Position numbers and translations under genes: made by a program. DNA of 64,000 nt from assembly GCF_000181795.1 (NCBI RefSeq), contig NW_003526944.1, positions 2,531,434-2,595,433 of the forward strand. The letters are read 5' to 3'. How positions within the stretch are numbered: the first letter of the stretch is position 1; every line of letters begins with the position of its first letter. Shown piece after piece: positions 49,901 through 64,000 of the stretch. The notes under the pieces were generated by a model, which saw nothing but the letters and a program-made list of their open reading frames with translations, had not been told where the DNA came from and made no database searches. Origin of the DNA: Trichinella spiralis. Lineage: Eukaryota.

Positions 49901-52900
49901 TAACACACAACATTTTCAATCGTGAACTTTTTTCCCACCACGAACGCAAATATTATAATAAACTGAAATTGATTACAGGCAACTGAAATACTAGAATACA
50001 ACACTATACTACAGCCAGCGCCAGGTTATAAAATAGTACACGCCCCCGCCCACCCCACCCCACGTTCATTTTCTCTTGTGTTCTTCTTCTTCTTCTTCCG
50101 TTACAACGATGCTAAACTAAACTTGCCCACGCATTGAATAAACAAGCAAGCACCAAGCTCTTCTTTCATCGCTTTACCAACCCCAACAACTATGACACAC
50201 ACACGCACAGAGAAAGCGAGAAAAGGATTTCAAACAAACATTAAAGCACACAAATCATCATCATCAACGACAACAACAACAACAACAACCGTGTAAACTT
50301 TCTACAAAATCAAACAATCAAAATATCCCAATCACTGAGGGAATATATACATATAGATATGACAAAAAACAAAACCCAAAACAATACAACTAATTGTACT
50401 ACTGCAATAATTCTTTTTTTTCCTTCAAAATAAAGTAATAACAAGAAAAAATAACACATTTACATTTTGAACGTAATAAATAGTATAATAAAATATCGGT
50501 AAAAATCAAATTCGAACAAAAGTTGTGACGTGTAAAAGTTTTGAAAAAAAAGAAGAATAATTTTTCTCAAAGAATACCGCCGCTACCTTTCAGTACCAAC
50601 CGGCAAGTTGAAATTAACACAAAAGTAAAAAATAATAACACGATGCTGGACGACAATAAAGGATGAAATTGTCGTTTGTACGTAAGTATGCAAACTTTTT
50701 TATGCAAATAAAATGAATGAATGAAAAGACAAAAAAAAAAGAACAAATCAATTTCACTTACTTCACAGGCACTTCAAAGTTGGATCGTTTACGATCCAAT
50801 TTCGACACGCTTTTCGTTCTTTTCAAAGCACTGTTGCGAAATGGTCTGGCAAAGAAATTCTGAAATGTAAATTTAATTTATTCAAAATGAAAAAAAAATT
50901 AATAAAATTTTAATAATAAAATAAGTGAAAATAAAATATAATATAATTTGTCTGTATAGTATTTTTTTAAATTTACTGTTGTGATGTTGTATATGTAATA
51001 TGAATGAAGTGTATCTGGTGTGGAGAAAGAAGAAGCAGAAGAAGAAGAAGAAGAAGTGAAGCTAGAAAATTTGAAAGCTCGTCGTAGTAGCTTGTTTGTT
51101 GTCTATCCATCCCATTCGTCAATCCATCAATCCCGGCGCGAGATGCCAAGTGAAATTGCATAGAAGATGCAAAAACAAAACTTTCAAATATTTGATCAGA
51201 GAAAGCAGCACAAAGCCCCAACTACAGCTATAAACTATGCAACGCGTTCCACATTTTGTCATTGTCGTCACTTCTTCTTCTTCTTCTTCTTCTCCTTGCT
51301 CTTTTCATTCATAGACAAAGCTTAATACTGAATAGGAAAACAAGCGAGATAAAGAAGAAGAAGAAGAGAAAGCATTGATGCATTGAATATACAAAATTAG
51401 ATTCAGCCGAAAAAAATACAGCAATAATGATAATAATAATAATAAAAGAAATGAAAATTTTTTCATTCCATTGATTAATCATCGAAAAAGATGGACAATG
51501 GGAAAAAAAGTTGCAAAATTATCCAACGGAGAAGAAAGCTTTTCGTCGTATGAAAAATTTCAAAATCCATTACACCGCCAACGTGGAGGAGGAGAGAGGG
51601 GAGGGGGTTGTCGAAAATATTTTTTATTCTCTACAGAACACCGAATATCCGGGTATGTGCCGGTCAGTTGAGATGGGTTCAAAGGCCATATTTATTTNNN
51701 NNNNNNNTTCTTGCTCCGGTACAATCGATGCATAAGAATAAACTTGCCCCACGCATGTAATAAAGCAAGGCAAAGCACCAAGCTTTTCTTTCATCGGCTC
51801 TACCCAACGGCCAACAGCTATGCCACACACACGCACAGAGAAAGCGAGAAAAGGATTTCAAACAAACATTAAAGCACACAAATCATCATCATCAACGACA
51901 ACAACAACAACAACAACCGGGTAAACTTTTTACAAAATCAAACAATCAAAATATCCCAATCACTGAGGGAATATATACATATAGATATGACAAAAAACAA
52001 AACCCCAAACAATACAACTAATTGTACTACTGCAATAATTCTTTTTTTTCCTTCAAAATAAAGTAATAACAAGAAAAAATAACACATTTACATTTTGAAC
52101 GTAATAAATAGTATAATAAAATATCGGTAAAAATCAAATTCGAACAAAAGTTGTGACGTGTAAAAGTTTTGAAAAAAAAGAAGAATAATTTTTCTCAAAG
52201 AATACCGCCGCTACCTTTCAGTACCAACCGGCAAGTTGAAATTAACACAAAAGTAAAAAATAATAACACGATGCTGGACGACAATAAAGGATGAAATTGT
52301 CGTTTGTACGTAAGTATGCAAACTTTTTTATGCAAATAAAATGAATGAATGAAAAGACAAAAAAAAAAGAACAAATCAATTTCACTTACTTCACAGGCAC
52401 TTCAAAGTTGGATCGTTTACGATCCAATTTCGACACGCTTTTCGTTCTTTTCAAAGCACTGTTGCGAAATGGTCTGGCAAAGAAATTCTGAAATGTAAAT
52501 TTAATTTATTCAAAAGGAAAAAAAATTAATAAAATTTTAATAATAAAATAAGTGAAAATAAAATATAATATAATTTGTCTGTACAGTATTTTTTTAAATT
52601 TACTGTTGTGATGCTGCATATGTAATATGAATGAAGTGCATCTGGTGTGGAGAAAGAAGAAGAAGAAGAAGTGAAGCTAGAAAATTTGAAAGCTCGTCGT
52701 AGTAGCTTGTTTGTTGTCTATCCATCCCATTCGTCAATCCATCAATCCCGGCGCGAGATGCCAAGTGAAATTGCATAGAAGATGCAAAAACAAAACTTTC
52801 AAATATTTGATCAGAGAAAGCAGCACAAAGCCCCAACTACAGCTATAAACTATGCAACGCGTTCCACATTTTGTCATTGTCGTCACTTCTTCTTCTTCTT

Positions 52901-55900
52901 CTTCTTCTCCTTGCTCTTTTCATTCATAGACAAAGCTTAATACTGAATAGGAAAACAAGCGAGATAAAGAAGAAGAAGAAGAGAAAGCATTGATGCATTG
53001 AATATACAAAATTAGATTCAGCCGAAAAAAATACAGCAATAATGATAATAATAATAATAAAAGAAATGAAAATTTTTTCATTCCATTGATTAATCATCGA
53101 AAAAGATGGACAATGGGAAAAAAAGTTGCAAAATTATCCAACGGAGAAGAAAGCTTTTCGTCGTATGAAAAATTTCAAAATCCATTACACCGCCAACGTG
53201 GAGGAGGAGGAGGAGGAGGGGGTGGTCGAAAAATATTTTTATTCCCTACAGAACACCAATATCCGGGAAGTGCGGGCAGTTGAGATGGGTCAAGGGCATT
53301 ATTTATTTCATTTATACTACTTGTCACACGTTTCGTTCTTTTTTCACTTTGAACTAACTCTCACTCTGTTGTCTCCCTTGTCACTCTTCTCTCTTGCACA
53401 CATATATGTATATCTTTGTAAATAAACCCCTCCTGATAATCTATATAATAATTTTTCTTTGTTTCAAAATTTAATTCAAACAAAATAAATAATCCTCAAT
53501 CAATAATAATAATCAAATATTATAATTTTTGAAATAAAAGCAAAAATGAAAAATTTTGAAAAATTACGACAATTTTCCTGATGATAATTTTCACATCAGA
53601 CCAGTCAGCCAGTCCCAGTCCCAGTCGCATCATCTTCCAGATCAGTGATTATCAAATATTTTCTTTCGTACGCTTTTCTTTGCATCACATCTGCTTGCTG
53701 ACCCTGTTCTCTATTTGCCATACACACCACGCACAATAATATATAGCTATTGAATTTGTCATTTTGATATATTAGAAACAAAACAAACAAACAAATAAAT
53801 AACTATTAATATTATTGCACGGCACATCTTTGAACTCTTATTAAATAGAATTCAAAAAAAAATATTAATATGCAGTAGATCAAAATTGATAATTACAAAA
53901 ACTGACAAACGTGAGAAACGTTCATCGTGATTTCATAATTGGACAAACAAGAAACTAGCCGGCCAGTTGTATACATACATTGTATATAATTTTCATTTGC
54001 GTGTGAGGAAAAATTTAAATACGGGGCAATACAATCAACAGACCATCACCATCACCACCAGTAGAATTTATCAGTGCGTGTTCATGATTTGAATAAGAGG
54101 AAAAGAAAAAAACAAAATTAAACTTAATTGAATAAAGTTGCGTGTAAAAATTTGCCGATCGATATTGCTGGCAAGAAAAACTGTTTGCTCTTCAACCCAC
54201 ATTTTCAAACAGCTGTTCTCTCAACATGCAACAATGCAAATATACTAATAATACAAGAGAAACATGCCAACGCATTTTAAGTAAAGAATAAATTGAAATT
54301 TCAATCCCATTCATCCGGTTTACGACGACGACAATGATGATCAAGCTGTTAGCTGAATTTTCATAATAAAACAAACAATTTATGAGTAAGATATCAAAAG
54401 AAGAAGAAGATGAAAAAATGTCATTTCCAATAACTACTGTAATTGTGTACTACTATACAATGGACCACCACCACCAATGTGTGGTAGTGGTTGGACAATT
54501 TTGAAAATTCTCATAATATAATTATTATAATAATGATAATTTCTTTTTTTGCTATACATCTCCATCTCTATGATATAAATGCGCAACCTGAAAAATTCAG
54601 TCTTTTCATGTCGGCCCCGATTTTTACCATTTAACCTGAATACAACAAACCACCTTTTCCAAAGAAAGCTGACAAAAGAACAAGTATCTCTACCGTAACA
54701 ATTCATGTTGACACGCATGTGACATCGTCATCCATTCGTCATTTGGATTCAATAATTTATCATATACCAAAAACTGTGCAACTCAATCTCTCTACACATT
54801 TCTATTATCATTCACGATTCATATTCTTTTTTTATATAAAATATCCAATTTCATTTTGAAACAATTCAACATTAAAATATACACAGACAAATAAAAAAAA
54901 ATTCGTGAATTTCATTCAAACGTTACAGTTAATTGAAAAGAACTTTTTACATTTTCTCAATAATGATTAATTCTTAAAAAAATAATACGACAAGCATATT
55001 TTCATGCACAGACATACAAACCACATAGACAAACAAAAGTTGAAAACCAGTTGATGCCGTCGTTTTCATTCTTGTTCAAACATGGACAATTTACATTGTT
55101 TCTACAAAAGTAGTGGAAAATTTTTCCATTCAACTTTATGCGCTCCACTTCAACACTACCACCACCACCACCACCACCGTATACATGATGCACAACAACA
55201 GTATTGAAATTTGAAATAATTAATTAAAAAAAATAAAATAAATTCCACACCCATCAATTCAGTTCATGTTGAAAATAATATTCTTTAAAAAAATGGCACA
55301 TTCTGATTTGTGAGAGATTTTGATGAAGTCATTTGCACAAAGGAATGACTGATTTTTGCTCGGAGCGTGAAATGGGAGGAGACGCAGAGAGATGAAACAA
55401 CGCCGTCAAGTTGCCTTCAAGCTAGACAACAACAACAAAAGCCAAGGACACAGAGACCAAAAACGGACAGACACAGAGAAACGAAACGACAATTTTCAAA
55501 TCATCCCCCCACCCCAATATACATACAGACAGACAAACAAACAAATATACTGAAATGAGATTAATTAAAAATCAAATGTATTTTTGAAAAAAAATATATA
55601 TTTCCTTGAAAATTTCCATCAATATTAAAATTGATAAACGATAAACATTTTTCATTAGAAATCTTACCGCCAATTTACTGCTGGACGACGTGGGTGTAGA
55701 CGATGTGAAAAGCTGAGCACTAGCTGAATAGGTGGCAGTGGGATGGGATGGAATGCGACGAGATTCAGGTGTGCACATCACCGGAAGTGGCTGTGGCATT
55801 GTCAATTTTCCAGAACCAATAGCTGCTGTTCTGCTGTTGTTGTTGTTGTTGTTGTTGTGCAATGCGGGTCTTCTATCTAAGCTCCAACTGTCCACCTCGA

Positions 55901-56657
55901 TTGGATGTTTCGACGACAAATCGCCATTATTGTTCGACCATTCTGAAAAAAAATAAATAAAATTTTAATTTCTACAAATAAATAAATAATTAATTGTCAA
56001 TCGACTACCCAGAAGAATAAAGAAAAAACAGTTTTTTTTCCTTTTAAAACATAGTAGTTGTGTGTGAAATTGATAAAAAAAAATACCTCGTTGCTCAGGG
56101 ATGACGCTCAATGATAATGTACTGTTGCAACAAATTCGGTTGCGCATGTTTTGTTTGTTTATAAATAATTTGCATAGACCAGAACAAATTCGACGATAGA
56201 AAAAAGTGACCACGGGAAAAATTTATGTATATTATTCAGCGTAGAATAAATAATACTATTACAGCCAGTGTGGTGGTGGTAGTTGGAATTGTCAGTGGGC
56301 GTTGAGAGGAAAAAGTGAAGGACGCCGCCGCCGTGGGCGAAAAATGATCCAATCAAAAAATGGAGAAACGAATACAAGTCGACAGGAGAAGCATGCTTTT
56401 CGCCGACATCCAATAGAAAACGGCCAATGAGAGTGAGAGAAAGACAAAGAGAAAAAAGGTCGAGCGTTCACAGTTTTATACAGTAGTAGAACAGTTGGTG
56501 ACGTGAACAGCTTCAACTTGTACCAAATTTATGCAAATATCCGCTTTTTTTAATAATAATTTACCACAAATTAGACCGTCTGACGTGGTGAGAAAATTTT
56601 TTAAAAAAGGGGAAAAAAATTAGGACCGCCACAGACGGTAAAGTGAAGCGAGAAGCG

Positions 56658-56689
<32 letters not shown>

Positions 56690-59263
56690 GGTCGACAAGG
56701 ACACGATGCAAACAAGATTGCAGCGGCAACAGTGCAAATTGAAAAGCTGCCGAAAAACCAGACACTGTCGAACAACGTGTCGCCAGGGCGACAGACGGAC
56801 AAGCTTGCCAAAGCGATAGAATCACAATTTCTGCTCATGACCCGACCGGCGGTGACCACTGCCCACTGATCACTACTGACAACATACCACATGCAGAACA
56901 ACTGTCATTGAAATTCAAGGTTCTTCATCCTCTCTTTATTTATAATATATGCATATTAATCTCATCTTCTCTGTTCACTCTTGTACACGCACACATACAA
57001 CAGAAACGCATATAATAAATAAAAATTCCATTTTTTCTTTTCTTTCATCTCAATCATATAACATATACAACCACCATACGTGTACAACATACAGATCACA
57101 CGACACAGACGATCACAATCATTGTCTGTCTACTTGATTATCATCAACCGATTCCAATATTATCAAATTTAAATCAAATTCTTCTAGCATAATTTCCAAA
57201 ATATGAAAATTAAAAAAACAAAATGAACAAAACGAATCACAATAAATAATATTATTATTAAAAATTTTCCAGTTGGGTTTTTGTTACAAATCAACCGAAC
57301 CAGTTTTCACAATTCGTGAATAAATAAATAAATAAATAAACATTTTAAACAACAAGTCAAAAAAGTAACAGCTTCTCTTTCATTAAAAAAAAATTTTTTT
57401 CTCCACATGCAAATTAAATTATTTTTATCATGAAAATCAAACACAGTTGAAGAACAAAAAACACTAAATTGTTCAAATTAATCTTGACAAAATATATTAA
57501 TAACATACAATAAATACAATGCAAACAACGTGCTCGGAAAAGATGGATGGGTGCGTAAAATTAATGCGTAAAAGATGAAGCAAAAATTATCTGTTGATTT
57601 GCTGCTTTTTGTTTTTGTCCCTTCCATTCATGTGATTGAGCAAACCTGTCACAACAGGGCGTGGCAAAATTTCCCACCACTGATGATGATGATGATCAAC
57701 TCTCTTACAATTATCCTCTTCCGGAGAAAAAAATTCGAAAACAACAACAACAAAACAATAATAATAATAATAATCATCATCCCGTCATCATATTAGCTCA
57801 AACGACGGGTCAACAATCATCGGTGTCATGCAAATTACGCGTTAGCCGGTCAACTGGATGAAGTTTGGCCGGCGTGAGAACAATATCTCACCATCAGCAT
57901 CATCAGGTCAACTAAATCGCCATTCCAATACCTCTATAAATATGTATATATTTGGCTGTATCAAATCCGGTGATCGCAATTTTTTTCTCTCTCTCTCTCT
58001 CTTCAGCTAGAGAAAACAATTAGCTCATCGGTTTGGTTCATCAATGGGAAAAATGATAATTCATCATCATCATCGACGAAAGTGAACAGGAAGATTAGAG
58101 AGGAATATAAAATAACCAAACAAAAAATAATAATCCGAATCACACACACTGAACAGTTGTCAATTCTCAGCAAATAGTAAAAATTGATATTATAAAAATT
58201 ACATAAAAACGAATATTCTACATTTTTCAAATTGTTAATTTTTGAAAAATTACTCCAAATTGTGGTGAAAAGCGAACAATCGAGAAAAAAAAATAATAAC
58301 AGTGGCACGATCGACGGCGGTCAGCGCTTGTCGTCGCCAAGCAATACACATACATATACACACACATACACAGCATGGAGCCGAATACAAAGCGTGGCAC
58401 AAAGCACATAACAAGATCACCTTTCGCACAAAATGGACAGCTTTGAAAAGCTTTGCATACAGCTAAAGCACAAATCGATCAATTTCCTCCTACTACTCAG
58501 TGGTCGAAGTCGGCCACTGTCCACTGGCAACAACGACAACAGAATCAGAAAAATTTTCCACCAACATCAATGGACAAATAGAAGCTTTGTTGTGACGTGC
58601 GAGCTAACGGTAAATAAATAAATAAACAGAATTTCCACAACTTACCCAACGTGAAAAAATTATTGTTTTTTTTTATTCTGAGCAATAAAAAGAGCAGCAG
58701 CAGCAGCAGAAGACAAAGTGACAAAACAACAAAACAGCATGACAGAAGATAAGAAATGATACAAAGAATGAGAAAGAGAAAAATATATATATATAAGCTG
58801 ACCCGACCGTTAAATGTTCGAAGAGACAGCAGAGTGAGGTTGTGTGGGATTTTTCCCCTCCCCTGCCTCTCTCCCCCCTCCCTATCCGAGCAACAATAAT
58901 AGGCGACAGCAGTGGCGCGAGTGGATAATAGAATAAAATGGGTGAAGTGAATGAATATGATTAGAAAAAAAATAGAAGAAGGAAAAGAGCCCGCTGCTGT
59001 TGTCCGTGTCACGACCCCAATGGCACGACAGCGTTAATAGTTTCCGGCTGAAGTGGACAATGGTCGAATGACAGCAGATGGACGTGCACCGCCGCCGACC
59101 AGGTCGGCTGGTGACGAGATGATTTCAAGCGGTCGTTTTAGCCTTAGCGCAAACAAACGGCCACGGCTAAACCAAACAACAATATCTATCTATCTATCTC
59201 CAATGAACAACAGCAGCATCACAGCTTTTTCTTTGCTAATAAAACTAAATTCAACAACTCCTC

Positions 59264-59297
<34 letters not shown>

Positions 59298-62200
59298 CGT
59301 TCTCTCTTTCACTCATTTTACTTGTTTGTATTATTATTATTATTATTATTACTGTTGTTATTATTAATCTGAATTTTCATCACACATCCAATGCTAAACC
59401 AACCAACCAACCAACCAGGTCAGCCGGTCATCATTGTCGCTTCTGTCAGATGTCGCAGCTGCTGAGATAACATCTGGTAGCCCACGACCAACTGACTGAC
59501 TTGATGACTCTCTTTTGAAATATCTGTTTAGCATTTTTTCAAACGTCACCACCACCACCATCACTTTCTTCTGGTTCTCATTTTTTAATATTAATGTTAA
59601 AATTTAAGAAAAAAAAATCTTTTTTTTTCCCAAACTTCATTCAGCAACTTACTCAAAGCAGTAACGCTTTTACCCAAACAAGAACGCCAACTTCTGCGGC
59701 CGCCCATTTTTCATTGAACAAATTTTGTAGTAAATTTTCACCACCACCACCACCAGCAACAACAACAACAACAAAATCAGATGAAAAACAACAACAATAA
59801 TTAAATAAATAAATAAATAAATAAATAATGCAGCTTTTTCGGTGGTTAAATGAAACGAAGGAGAGAAAATTCAACTTGCCCACACATTAAACGTGAGACT
59901 GCTGCTGCCGCTGCTGCTGCTGCTGCTGCTGTTGCTGATGCGTTGTCGTCGCCACCACTACCTACCTCTACTCTGCTTACTTACTCACTTACTACTAACT
60001 AACGAACTAAGAAAATAGCTAGCCAAGCTAGCTAACTAACTAGCTGACTAGCCAACTAGCAAAAAGCTATCCGTAAGAAAAGATAAGAAAATGCCAAGTC
60101 AATCATCATCCATCCCCCTCAACGCACTGCTCAAACACGTCCATGCAGAAAACAAAAACTTACGCGCAGGTTATAAAAATAAAGTGGTGTTTTTGAAATC
60201 AAAAAGCAAAAAATTAAATCTTAATTAATTAATTAAAATATCTAATAAAATTTACTACTAAAAATTAAATTAATATAAATATTTGCAAAAATTAATAATT
60301 CAATACAAAATAAAACATGAATGTAAAAATAAGCCGGTAGGTAAAATTTAAAGCAACTGTATGCTTTGAAACGAATAAAAACAAAAAGTGCTTGAAAATA
60401 AATGTCCATTGTGGACTTTTTCGTATTTTTACGCTGATCAATTGACAAACGATAGAAATAAATAACGATGATGATAATGATCAAACGACGATGACACACA
60501 CAAATAGTAAATAAATTTTCAATATTTAAATTAAAAAAAATACAGTATAACAACAACAAAAGAAAGAAAAAAAACCAAACAAGACTGTACTTGAATTTCG
60601 AAAAAGTACATTTTGTGAATATTCAAATTTTACAAAAATAAAAAACTTTTTATTTTGCGTTTATAAAAAAAAATCCTCATGTGTTCCACCGGATGGATGG
60701 AAGTCTGCTTTTGAAACAAACAAACAAACAAACAAATAAAAATGGACGCGATGATGAAAATTTTCTCAACTGCCAACAACAAGAAGCAATAAATAAAATT
60801 GGACCGATTCGAATGAAATAAGCAATAAATTAAACTTGACCTATATATTTGTTCTCCTAGCGAGAAAGGATGTGCGCAATTTGTTTGTAAAAGCGAACGT
60901 TCACGCTGTTTGTTGAATGGATTTATTTTTTGAAAAAAAAATACACATAAGTAAAATTTGAATAAAATCAAAAAGAAATTATTTTGAAAATAAAATTTTG
61001 AATACAAAGATGATGGAAATTCAGAGAGAAATAATTATCGCGTGATGATAAAAGGGAAAAAATAAAAACAAAATTAGCATATTTCTCTTCAGAAAGTAAA
61101 TAAAAGTGATAATTCAAGTTGGAAAAGTTGCTTATTTTTTGTTTGTATAACGATAATAAAAAAATGTTTGTTAAAAGAAAACACATACTTAACACTAGAC
61201 ACTCGACGGGTGATGATGAGTCAGTTGTAATAATAATGTTAGTCAGTGCAGTGCAGGTGTAGAGAAAGAAAAAAGAAAAATTTCATGTTTAAATCAATAA
61301 AAATAATAATTTAAAAATTTGCATAAACTGAAAGTTCAACATGCAGAAAATTTTCTTCTTTTGTTTTTGTGTCGACACCGTGATAAAAGCGAAAAGGAAA
61401 AAAAACAAGAAGAATTTTGATTGTCGGATTAAAGAAGAAAAAAAGTCTTCAGGCAAAAAGCAACAAACACTCGACTCTTATTGAAATAATCATCATGAAT
61501 AAAATAATGATGACAATATATCATTGTTTGAAGGTTGGATTTTTTTTATGAAAATCAAAGCAACGAAGAAAAAATGATCGAAACAAATCAACCTATATGT
61601 ATATATTGTCGAAAAAGTGGAAAATGCCAAATAAAAAAAATATATATAAAGAATTTAAATTTCCACCAATTTCCAATCAATTATTATTATCATTCATTAC
61701 CTTTGAAATGGTAAGGCAAAATGGTCAAACTTTGAGATCGGCTTGTGGCTTTTTCGTTGCCGTTCGACTGAGATTCAATTTCAGCTTCTGCAGTAGTAGC
61801 TCTGCTTAGACAATGACGACAAAAGCAAAATGAAAACAACGACACTGAAAACATTGAAACAACTGCAGGGTGCAGGTGAAAACTGTCACATGCCGGCCCT
61901 GACCATGTGCAAAGCGGAGAGGATCGACCTTGTACGACGTTGAAGTCGGACCGAAAACGGCCTTCGTATCACGACAATATTGAATAATAATGATGATGAG
62001 GAAATAGAAGAAGAAGAAGACGATAATGATGATGATGATGAATATATGAAATTAATAAATAAACAAAAATAAAATTGCCAAACGGTCTCCTTTTTCACCA
62101 CCAACAAACCGACCAGTGCAACTTTTATTATACTATTTATTGCCAGCAGCAGCAGCGGCGGCAATGGCGGCAACAGCAGCAAGCAAACACCACACGCTTA

Positions 62201-62667
62201 CACCACAGACGACAGCAACAACGGCACAACGCCCTCTTCTTTTTCTTCCTCCTTTTCATCCCCAAGCCGGGCAGACCAATCAAAATTGCCCAATGGCCAA
62301 CAAGTTGCCGTTAACCAGCCGTTTTGAACGATTACCGTCAGTTGGCAACTGACTGACACACTCAGACGCAATGTCAAAATTCAAATTTTTTTTAACAAAA
62401 CCGATCCGACGGATTGGTCAGCAGCAGGTGGAATTGGAAAACAAAAAAAATTTACATAACAACTGGTCAATGTCAACAATTCGTTTCAATGGCGACGACT
62501 TTCTTTGCTTTTTTCTTTCATCCCCTCCTCGGTTACCGCTCAAACTCGGTTGGTTGACAGGAAATTTCAATCAACCGTCGAAAAAGAAATTCAACTTTGA
62601 ATGCTAATTACGACAGCTTTCAAGGGTCAATTTTAAATTTCAATGACAAACTCGTCAAGGAGAACCG

Positions 62668-62699
<32 letters not shown>

Positions 62700-63056
62700 A
62701 TCCTGTAGTAATAATTTTAAAGAAAACAAAAAATCACATCCCATTACAGCATTGTTGATAATAAAATTTAAATAAATTCAATTCTTACCGGAATTTGTTG
62801 GCGAATGAAATTTGAAACGATTAGAGACTTTTTCTTCGTAACAGACAGGAGTGAGTGAAGTTGAAGCAGTGGCAAAAGTGGAGCCAGGGGTGGAGGTAAA
62901 AGCTAAATTGCCACTACTGCCGCTGCTGCTGCTGCTGCTTTTCAGAAAATGACGGGATGACGATGGATGAAAGCGACGAAGCAAGAAAATACCGCCGGCG
63001 TTGGTTGTCGGATTAGCTTTCGTTGGGACCACTTTTCCACCGTCACAATGAGGCAT
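43997..63056 (-). CDS. gap-2: Ras GTPase-activating protein of the SynGAP/DAB2IP/RASAL2 (nGAP; nematode gap-2) family: PH-C2-RasGAP-coiled coil
   Basis: Exon 50762-50859 [27 protein letters not shown] exon 49551-49886 RSHDSLL...[26 protein letters not shown]2 [24 protein letters not shown] domain [54 protein letters not shown]-terminal coiled coil RLRLVEEEL...NERL; ends LKTTQC*. Upstream exons 55668-55942 and 62789-63056 are phase-compatible but less certain, and the gene may continue further 5'. Confidence 0.9.
50088..53308. repeat. ~1.6-kb direct duplication across an assembly gap (50088-51697 vs 51708-53308), probably an unmerged overlap or two haplotypes
   Basis: The copies abut the 10-N gap, are noisy at the gap-proximal ends, and duplicate the 98-nt RasGAP exon (50762-50859 and 52390-52487). 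Confidence 0.85.
51698..51707. other. Assembly gap (10 N)
   Basis: Run of Ns. Confidence 1.
56658..56688. repeat. (AACT)n microsatellite in a RasGAP intron
   Basis: About 8 tandem AACT units. Other simple repeats nearby include (GAA)n at ~47248-47277, (CTAT)n at ~59263-59296, (TAT)n at ~59329-59351 and (GCT)n at ~59900-59930. Confidence 0.9.
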
Positions 63057-64000
63057 ACAACTGGTTGTTTTTCTAGCCTGCCTCGCATCCTGCAATCAGG
63101 ACGAAGGCTGTAAAATAATCCGGTTCCCATAAACTACAACTACTAACTATTACGACAGCTGTTGAACAACGCATTCAACAGCACAATCGTAATAAATAAT
63201 AATAAAATTCAAGAAAAACACCTGTTCACTTGCATAACATGCTAATGTTCGACTTTTACATTCCACTACAGCATAGACGGCTGACCGGCATATTACAGTC
63301 GGCGACAGATGTCGACAAGGTGAACTGACATGAATCACATCTGCAAATCTTGCTTATTTGAAGCTATAGAACAAAATAAGCAACTATTTCTGTATTCTGC
63401 ACAAACGAGCAACAATCATCCATTTAACCCTATCATTATATTCATAAAATTCGTCAGAGAAATCAGTTCTGCTATAAATGCTTAGATGTAGAGCTGTTGG
63501 TGAATTTTCTCGATTTCAAAATTGCCAACAACAAATGAAAAGTGATTTTTCTAATCACTTCTAGTCACCAACTTCCCCCACCTCCACCCGTCGCTGCTGT
63601 TCAACCGACCCCACCCACCTTCCCACACTGTTCAGCAGAGAAATTCAACTCTACTCTACTGGAGTTCGATCCGAAATTCTGAATCATCAAAAAATCAAAC
63701 AAATATTAAATCGTTAAATTGAAAAATCAATAATTTTTTTAAAAAAATTAATAAAAATGCCATTCAACATCTCGTACACGAACACACCCGACAGACGCTT
63801 GTCCCACTGCCACGTTCGGCAGATGCAAGACAAACAAAACCCACTCGATCACCTTGAACCATCCTTATTATTACTATTATTATGTTAATTTTGACTCTCT
63901 TATCACAGTTAGTTGATCACCAGCAGCGCAGAAAATAATGGTAAAATTGATTTTTAAAAAAGCAAATATATTTCATATTTTGTAAATTTCAACTTTTAAA

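Noticed and set aside
50088..53308. Tandemly duplicated RasGAP exon as mutually exclusive splicing
   Set aside because: The two 98-nt exons look identical, including both would frameshift, and the duplication straddles an N gap. The few SNP and microsatellite differences fit two haplotypes or read errors.

Overview
AT-rich eukaryotic genomic DNA with short GT-AG introns, TTTTCAG-type acceptors and a cuticlin gene. It is almost certainly nematode, and a clade I species such as Trichinella is my inference. The left 14 kb is a compact gene cluster: MRT4/MRTO4 (+), proteasome beta subunit PSMB1 (-), PARL-type rhomboid (+), SUCO/SLP1 SUN-domain protein (+), MRPS18C (-), a DHHC palmitoyltransferase (+) and a cuticlin (-). 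A canonical Pumilio gene follows (20098-24409, +). A SynGAP/DAB2IP/gap-2-type RasGAP with large 5' introns occupies 43997 to at least 63056 (-). Between the convergent Pumilio and RasGAP 3' ends lies the most unusual structure, a ~15 kb inverted repeat with ~5.3-5.5 kb arms (27197-32497 and 36909-42384). Its spacer holds a palindromic core of 12-bp-phased GCCNNNGGC and octamer (ATTTGCAT) motifs, flanked on both sides by inward-pointing arrays of 5' splice-site consensus motifs (CAGGTAAGT). One arm carries a 245-bp Mutator-type MITE (74-bp TIRs, 9-bp TSD), and its empty site is visible in the other arm. Two direct duplications that straddle N gaps are most likely assembly artefacts. Exon boundaries and identities were read by eye.
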